A stretch of DNA of 64,000 bases, from assembly GCF_026626585.1 (NCBI RefSeq), contig NZ_JAPNKD010000014.1:221207-285206 (forward strand), written 5' to 3'. The translations under genes and the position numbers were made by a program. Each line of letters begins with the position of its first letter. Position 1 is the first letter of the stretch. Source of the stretch: Nannocystis sp. ILAH1. Lineage in GTDB: Bacteria > Myxococcota_A > Polyangia > Nannocystales > Nannocystaceae. This document shows, one piece after another, positions 58,708-64,000 of this stretch. The notes below the pieces were generated by a model that ran no database searches, had not been told where the DNA came from, and saw nothing but the letters and a program-made list of their open reading frames with translations.

Positions 58708-59733
58708 ATGACCGTCCTCGTCACCGGCGCCGCGGGTCACATCGGCGCGAATCTAGTCCGTACGTTGCTGTCTCGCGGCGAGCGCGTCCGCGTGCTCGTC
58801 CGCAATTCCCAGCGCGCGCTCGCGGGGCTCGACGTCGAACGCGTCACCGGCGACGTGCGCGATCCGGACGCGGCGCGCCGCGCGACCGCGGGAGTCGACG
58901 TCGTGTATCACCTCGCGGCCCAGATCTCGATCTCGGGCGACCCGCGGGGGCTGGTGCGCGCGGTCAACGTCGACGGCGTGCGCTCGATCGCCGAGGCGGC
59001 GCTGGCCGCGGGCGTGCGCCGGCTGGTCCACTGCAGCTCGGTCCACGCGTTCGACCTCTACCGCGAGGGCACGAGCGGCGTGGAGGTCGACGAGCGCTGG
59101 CCGCGGGTGCCCGACGAGCCGAGCCACTTCGCCTACGACCGCTCGAAGGCGGCCGGCGAGCGGGCGCTCCGCGAGGTGATGGGTCGCGGCCTCGACGCTG
59201 TGATCGTGCATCCCTCGGGCGTGATCGGGCCGTACGACTTCGGACCGTCGCGCATGGGCCGGATGTTCCTGCAGCTGTACCGGCGGTCGCTGCCGAGCCT
59301 GATCGACGGGGCGTTCGACTTCGTCGACGTGCGCGACGTGGTGGCCGGGATGCTGGCCGCGCAGGCCCGCGGCGAGAACGGCGAGAACTACCTGCTGACG
59401 GGGCACACGGTGCACGTGCGCGACATCGGAGCTATCGCCGAGGCGATCACCGGCGTGAAGCCGCCGCGGCTGGTGGCGCCGATCTGGTTCGCGCGCGTCG
59501 GGGTGCCGCTGTTCGGGGTCGCCGGCGCGGTGATGCGGCAGGAGCCGCTCTACACCCACGAGTCGCTGTCGGTGCTGGCCACGCGCGCGCGCTTCGACCA
59601 CGGCAAGGCCGAGCGCGCGCTCGGCTACACGGTCCGGCCGTTCGCGGACAGCGTGCGCGACATCTACGAGTGGTTCGACGCCGCGGGGATGCTCGGCAAG
59701 AAGCGCCTGGCGAGCAGCGAGACGCGGATCTAA
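58708..59733 (+). CDS. NAD(P)-dependent epimerase/dehydratase (SDR extended family)
   Basis: VLVTGAAGHIGANLV, YDRSK. Confidence 0.75.
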   Translation: MTVLVTGAAGHIGANLVRTLLSRGERVRVLVRNSQRALAGLDVERVTGDVRDPDAARRATAGVDVVYHLAAQISISGDPRGLVRAVNVDGVRSIAEAALAAGVRRLVHCSSVHAFDLYREGTSGVEVDERWPRVPDEPSHFAYDRSKAAGERALREVMGRGLDAVIVHPSGVIGPYDFGPSRMGRMFLQLYRRSLPSLIDGAFDFVDVRDVVAGMLAAQARGENGENYLLTGHTVHVRDIGAIAEAITGVKPPRLVAPIWFARVGVPLFGVAGAVMRQEPLYTHESLSVLATRARFDHGKAERALGYTVRPFADSVRDIYEWFDAAGMLGKKRLASSETRI

Positions 59734-59740
59734 GCCGCTG

Positions 59741-59862
59741 TCCCGCGGGACATGGCCTGCGGGACAGATAGCAATACCCCGAGAGCGCGGATGGCTCTCG
59801 GGGCATGGCAAAAAGGTCAGGTTCGATGGGGCATGTCGCAGAGGACATGCCCGAAAGGTCAC
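59741..59862. repeat. REP-like cluster with >=3 hairpins (GTCCCGCGGGAC palindrome; CCCCGAGAGC-GCGGATG-GCTCTCGGGG; GGGCATGTC-GCAGAG-GACATGCCC)
   Basis: read directly; convergent gap. Confidence 0.65.
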
Positions 59863-60146
59863 CAGGACGGCTTCTCTTCCTCGGGGCCCGGGTCGGGCTT
59901 GGCGGCGCCGGAGGGCTTGTCGGCGGCGTCGGGCGCGGGCGGGGTCGCCGGCGGGGCAGCCTCGGGCGCGGCGGGCGGAGCGGCGACCGGCGCCGGCGTC
60001 GGCTGGGGTTGAGCGGGCGGCGGGGCCGCGGTCTTGGTGTCGGCCTTGGTCTCGACTTTCTTGGCGTCCTTGCTGCCGCAGGCCGGGGTGGTGGCAGTGG
60101 CGAGCAGCATGGTGGCCGCGAGGAACTTCTCCAGGTCGATCTTCAT
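59859..60146 (-). CDS. small Pro/Ala-rich lipoprotein
   Basis: LLATATTPAC lipobox, low complexity. Confidence 0.4.
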   Translation of the reverse strand: MKIDLEKFLAATMLLATATTPACGSKDAKKVETKADTKTAAPPPAQPQPTPAPVAAPPAAPEAAPPATPPAPDAADKPSGAAKPDPGPEEEKPSW

Positions 60147-60278
60147 CGCTGTCTCCTTCGTGGCGCGGTCGCCGCGCCGTGCCGCGCGAGTATAACCCCG
60201 TCCTCGCGGGTCGCCACGAACCGGCGCGGCGGCGGACGGGCGTCCTGCGCGAACTCACCGCGGGGCCTGGCCCAAAGG

Positions 60279-61064
60279 TCAGGCGCCGGTGAACTTCGCC
60301 GCCCGGCGCTCGACGAACGACTGCATGCCCTCACGCGCGTCGTCCGAGCCCATGATCGCGCGGACCTCGGCCATCATGCCGGCGAGGGCGGCCTCGGGGC
60401 CGCGCTCCACGGTGGTGCGGGCGGTGGCGAGGGTGGCCCGCACGCCGAGCGGGGCCTGGGCGGCGATCGTGGCCGCGATCTCGGCGGCCCGCTCGACCTG
60501 CTTGCCGGGCTCGACCACTTCCTGCGCGAGGCCGATCCGCAGCGCCTCGGCGGCGTCGAACATGTCGCCGGTGAGGAGCCAGCGCATCGCGTTGCCCCAC
60601 CCGGCGACCTGCGGCAGCCGCAAGGTCGCCCCGCCGAACGGGAAGATCCCGCGCCGGATCTCGATCTGGCCGAAGCGCGCGTCGCTGGCGGCGATCCGGA
60701 TGTCGGCGGCCAGCATCAACTCGATGCCGAGGGTCAGGCAGAAGCCCTGGACGGCCAGCACGACCGGCTTGCTGCGGACGCGGCCGTGGAGGCCGAGCGG
60801 ATCGACTGCGCCCTCGGGGAACAGCGGCTCGCCGCGCGCGACGGCGGGGCCGACCTCGGCGAGGTCGAGGCCGGCGGTGAAGTGATCGCCGTGGGCGAAC
60901 ACGACGGCGCAGCGCAGCTGCGGATCGTCCTCGAATTCGGTGAAGGCCTCCGCCAGCTGCCGCAGCATGGCGAGGTCGAAGGCGTTGCGCTTGGCGGCGC
61001 GGTCGAGGCCGATCATCCGCACGTGGCCGTGTGTCTGGGTCGAGATCCGGCGGTCCGTGGACAT
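60279..61064 (-). CDS. enoyl-CoA hydratase/isomerase family protein
   Basis: crotonase blocks AVVFAHGDHFTAGLDL, GFCLTLGIELMLAADIRIA. Confidence 0.8.
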   Translation of the reverse strand: MSTDRRISTQTHGHVRMIGLDRAAKRNAFDLAMLRQLAEAFTEFEDDPQLRCAVVFAHGDHFTAGLDLAEVGPAVARGEPLFPEGAVDPLGLHGRVRSKPVVLAVQGFCLTLGIELMLAADIRIAASDARFGQIEIRRGIFPFGGATLRLPQVAGWGNAMRWLLTGDMFDAAEALRIGLAQEVVEPGKQVERAAEIAATIAAQAPLGVRATLATARTTVERGPEAALAGMMAEVRAIMGSDDAREGMQSFVERRAAKFTGA

Positions 61065-61197
61065 GCGCGCGAGCATACACCGCGAGACGGAGCGGCGGGA
61101 GGATGTTCATGTCCGAAGGGACATGGTGGAAGAGTCAGGCGATTGGACGATGGTTCGTCCGGTGGTCTCGCGGTTCGAAGGCTGGTATCGTGGCGGC

Positions 61198-61959
61198 ATG
61201 GCCGACGAGCCGACACCAGACGAGATGATGGCCGCGCTCATCGAGCTGCACCGCGGGCTCGAGCGCATGGGGCCGGGAGACCCGCAGTTCAGCCGGGAGA
61301 TCCTGGCGGGCTTGCCGGCGCTGCCGGAGGCGCCGCGGATCGCCGACCTCGGCTGCGGCGCGGGGGCCGGGGCGCTGCTCCTGGCGGAGACGTTCGGGGT
61401 GCCGGTGATCGCGGTCGATGGCCTGCGGGCGTTCCTCGACCAGCTCGAGGCGCGGGCGCACGAGCGCGGGCTCGCGTCGCTCGTGCGCGCGGTGGAGGCC
61501 GACTTCGCAGCGCTCGACTGGCCGGCGGGATCGATCGACTTGCTGTGGTCGGAGGGGGCTGCGTACCACCTGACGTTCGCGGGCGCGGTGCAGCGCTGGC
61601 GACCGCTGGTGGCGCAGGGCGGGGTCGCGGTGATCTCGGAGGCGAGCTGGTGGACCGAGACGCCGGCCGCGGCGGCGCGCGAGTACTGGGCGGCCGGTTA
61701 TCCGACGATGGGGACCGAGGCGACGAACGCCGCGCGGGCGCGTGAGGCAGGGTTCGCGGTGCTGAGCGTGCATCGGCTGCCGGCGCGAGCGTGGTGGGAC
61801 AACTACTACGGGCCGCGCCTGCGCCGGGTGGACGAGGTCCGTGAGACGGCGGACGCTGCGATGCGAGCGGCCATCCGCGAGACGGAGGCGGAGGTGGCGA
61901 TGTTCCGCGCGCACGCCGAGGACTACGGGTACTCGTTCTACGTGCTGCGGGCGGTGTGA
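61198..61959 (+). CDS. class I SAM-dependent methyltransferase
   Basis: DLGCGAGAGAL motif I, LLWSEGAAYHL. Confidence 0.75.
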   Translation: MADEPTPDEMMAALIELHRGLERMGPGDPQFSREILAGLPALPEAPRIADLGCGAGAGALLLAETFGVPVIAVDGLRAFLDQLEARAHERGLASLVRAVEADFAALDWPAGSIDLLWSEGAAYHLTFAGAVQRWRPLVAQGGVAVISEASWWTETPAAAAREYWAAGYPTMGTEATNAARAREAGFAVLSVHRLPARAWWDNYYGPRLRRVDEVRETADAAMRAAIRETEAEVAMFRAHAEDYGYSFYVLRAV

Positions 61960-61977
61960 CGGGCGGGTGCTAAGTGT

Positions 61978-62012
61978 GATTGAAAGGACATGCCCTGAAG
62001 GACATGTCTTGA
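61978..62012. repeat. REP-like pair GAAAGGACATGCCC / GAAGGACATGTC
   Basis: read directly. Confidence 0.55.
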
Positions 62013-62036
62013 GATGCTCGTTTGGTCTGTGGAGCG

Positions 62037-63680
62037 TCAGCGGCGGCGGCGGCGGAGCGCGAGCAGGCTGGCCGCGAGGACAGGTGAGAGCGGGCCGTCG
62101 TTGCGGCAGCCGCAGCCGGTCTCGGGCGGGCTCGCGCCGGCCGAGTCGCTGGCGGTGCCGGGCTCGGAGCTGCCGGTGTTCGTGGTGGGCTCGGGGCCGG
62201 TGGTCGGGTCGCCGGTGGTCTCGGGGCCGGTGGTCGGGGCTTCGGCCGGCGGCGCGGCGATCCACAGGTGGTTGGTGACGGTGCGCGGCTTGCCGTCGAC
62301 GAGGACCTCGGCGCGGACGCGCGTGTAGCCGGCGGCGGGCGGCTCGACGAGGAAGTCGTGGGTGAAAGGGTCGCCGGCGACGGGCACCGCCTCCAGGGGC
62401 TTGCGGTCGCGGACCAGACGGACGCTCGCGCCCGCAGGGGCGCCGGCGACCCGCACGCTGACGACGGCCTGGCTCGCTTCGAGGCTGTCCCCGGGGACGT
62501 GTGTCCCGGAGGACAGCTCGAGCATCGGATCGGCCGGGCCCTGCAGCTTGACGACGGTGCGGCCGGCGCGGAGTCCGGCGAGGATCGCGTCGACGCCGAG
62601 GGAGTCGGCGTACACGAGGGTGGTGGGGTCGCCGATCGGGCTGTCGAAGCCGCCGAGGTCGAGGCCGGCCTTGTGATCGTCGCTGCCGCCGATCGGGGCC
62701 GGGCGATGGCCCTGGTCGCACAGGTCGTCCCAGAAGCGCATGGCGTCGTCGGTGAAGAACATGCCGGCCTTGTCGAGGCCGCCGGTCGCGATCTCGACGG
62801 CGCCGAGGCGGGCAGGGTCGAGGTCGAGCTGCCAGGCGCAGCCGATGCACAGATCGCCGAGCGCGAGGGCGGGGTGATTGGCGCTGAGCACGGCGCCCTG
62901 CAGGTCGTAGGCGTCGGCCGCGGCGGTGATGCTGACGCCGGGCTGGCCGAGCTTGTGGTCGACCCAGGCGGTCGCGCCGATGGCGTTCATGTGGCCGGCG
63001 TAGGTGGTGAACTCGCAGCCGGGGACGAACAGGAGGTCAGGGTGACGGGCCTGGGCGTCGGCGAAGAAGTCGAGGTGCGAGGTGGTGTTGTGGTCGGTGA
63101 CGACCACGAAGTCGAGGCCGCGGCCGCGCGCGAACTCGGCGATGGCGTCGAGGGTCGGCGAGGCGTCGCCGCTCTCGCGCGAGTGGACGTGGAAGTCGCC
63201 GGCGTACCAGCGCGGGCCGCCGCCGAGCGTGACCGGCTGATAGGGCGCGCGCTCGGGCTGGGCCGGCAAGGTCGGGGCGTCGCGCAGGGTGATGGTGATC
63301 AGGTACTCGCCGGGCGGCGCGGCGAGCTTGGCCTTGCCGACGACGACGCTCCACGTGCCGGCGGCGATCGGGCCGGGGACGTAGGAGCGCGAGGCGGCGG
63401 CCTCGCCGACGACTGCGTTCTCGTCGTTGCCGCCGCCCCAGCCGCGGAACACACCCTGCGGGTCGACGAGGCCCCAGTCGAGGATGTTGTCGTCCGAGAG
63501 GTCGTCGTGGGCGATCTCGATCTCGCGCGTGCCGGCCGGGACGTCGAAGGCGACGAAGAAGTGGTCGAGGCTGTCCATCGGGACCTGTCCCTTGAGCTCC
63601 TGGACGGTCTCGGCGGCGCGGGCGGAGGCCGCAGGCACGAGCAGCGCGAGCGAGGCAAGGGCCTGCCGGAGGCGGGTCAT
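62037..63680 (-). CDS. secreted PHP-domain metallophosphoesterase with MYXO-CTERM sorting tail
   Basis: signal peptide; DFHVHSRESGD and VTDHN PHP motifs; C-terminal Pro/Thr-rich linker then GCGC...LLALRRRRR. Confidence 0.7.
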   Translation of the reverse strand: MTRLRQALASLALLVPAASARAAETVQELKGQVPMDSLDHFFVAFDVPAGTREIEIAHDDLSDDNILDWGLVDPQGVFRGWGGGNDENAVVGEAAASRSYVPGPIAAGTWSVVVGKAKLAAPPGEYLITITLRDAPTLPAQPERAPYQPVTLGGGPRWYAGDFHVHSRESGDASPTLDAIAEFARGRGLDFVVVTDHNTTSHLDFFADAQARHPDLLFVPGCEFTTYAGHMNAIGATAWVDHKLGQPGVSITAAADAYDLQGAVLSANHPALALGDLCIGCAWQLDLDPARLGAVEIATGGLDKAGMFFTDDAMRFWDDLCDQGHRPAPIGGSDDHKAGLDLGGFDSPIGDPTTLVYADSLGVDAILAGLRAGRTVVKLQGPADPMLELSSGTHVPGDSLEASQAVVSVRVAGAPAGASVRLVRDRKPLEAVPVAGDPFTHDFLVEPPAAGYTRVRAEVLVDGKPRTVTNHLWIAAPPAEAPTTGPETTGDPTTGPEPTTNTGSSEPGTASDSAGASPPETGCGCRNDGPLSPVLAASLLALRRRRR

Positions 63681-63760
63681 GGAGGCACGATAGCGCACCG
63701 CCGAGCGGTGCGGTGCGGTCCGTCGCAAGCGACCCGGGCGCTCGGGTACACTCGCGCCGG

Positions 63761-64000
63761 ATGGCCGAGCGCGACCCCGAAACCAACGTGGCCCTCGGTG
63801 AGGGCAAGCTGACGTTCCCCTGCGAGCAGTGCGGCTCGGCCCTCGAGTACTCGCCCGGCTCGGACCAGCTGCGCTGCAACCATTGCGGTCACACGCAGGC
63901 GATCCAGGGCGAGCGATCGATCCTCGAACATGACTTCGAGACCATGTTGCAGCGGATCGCCCGCGCGCCGGCGTCGACTCTGGGCAGCCACAGCGTCCAG
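63761..64000 (+). CDS. hypothetical protein with N-terminal zinc ribbon, 3' end beyond window
   Basis: CEQCGS...CNHCGH; no stop before window end. Confidence 0.4.
   Translation, partial: MAERDPETNVALGEGKLTFPCEQCGSALEYSPGSDQLRCNHCGHTQAIQGERSILEHDFETMLQRIARAPASTLGSHSVQ

Overview
This is a 64-kb, very high-GC (~70-72%) stretch of a myxobacterial chromosome. The assignment rests on a MYXO-CTERM tail (GCGC + hydrophobic + RRRRR at 62037..63680), a Myxococcus cysteine-rich-repeat lipoprotein, a DUF4388/Roadblock protein, a CarD/CdnL regulator, a TPR Ser/Thr kinase and many lipoproteins. No rRNA, tRNA, CRISPR array or transposase was seen.

In order along the window:
- 1-4379: the 3' end of a biosynthetic beta-branching cassette. 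It comprises a 5'-truncated HMG-CoA synthase, two crotonase-fold ECHs, two tandem FabI-like enoyl reductases and a discrete ACP, all translationally coupled.
- 4.4-22 kb: mostly housekeeping and envelope genes. These include a PduO-type corrinoid adenosyltransferase, a macro-domain / small TM / polytopic membrane operon with an in-frame 120-132 bp tandem repeat, cdnL-like, nadB, an SLT lytic transglycosylase, pgsA, pabB-like and two tandem lspA paralogs.
- 22-34 kb: an acyltransferase-epimerase pair, the minus-strand mdh-sucC-sucD operon with a clear intrinsic terminator, and M28 and M3 peptidases.
- 34.9-35.5 kb: a seven-unit ~77-bp tandem repeat array, followed by a TetR / FAD-monooxygenase divergent pair, a dienelactone hydrolase, an MsrP-like molybdoenzyme, an orphan NarL-type response regulator, an AAA+ ATPase pair, smpB and comF.
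- 46.5-51.1 kb: the most unusual feature, a six-gene translationally coupled operon: a bacterial GRAS-domain protein, an unknown 180-aa protein, a PP2C (RsbU/SpoIIE) phosphatase, an RsbW-like HATPase kinase, a STAS-like antagonist and a class III adenylyl/guanylyl cyclase. This is a SiaABCD-like partner switch wired to a cAMP/cGMP-type cyclase rather than a GGDEF cyclase or a sigma factor.
- Throughout: a genome-specific family of hairpin-forming REP-like palindromes with core RRRCATGYYY (GGACATGTCC type). They cluster in tandem at intergenic regions, especially between convergent genes.

Many long ORFs in the supplied six-frame track are antisense or alternative-frame artefacts of the GC bias and are not called.
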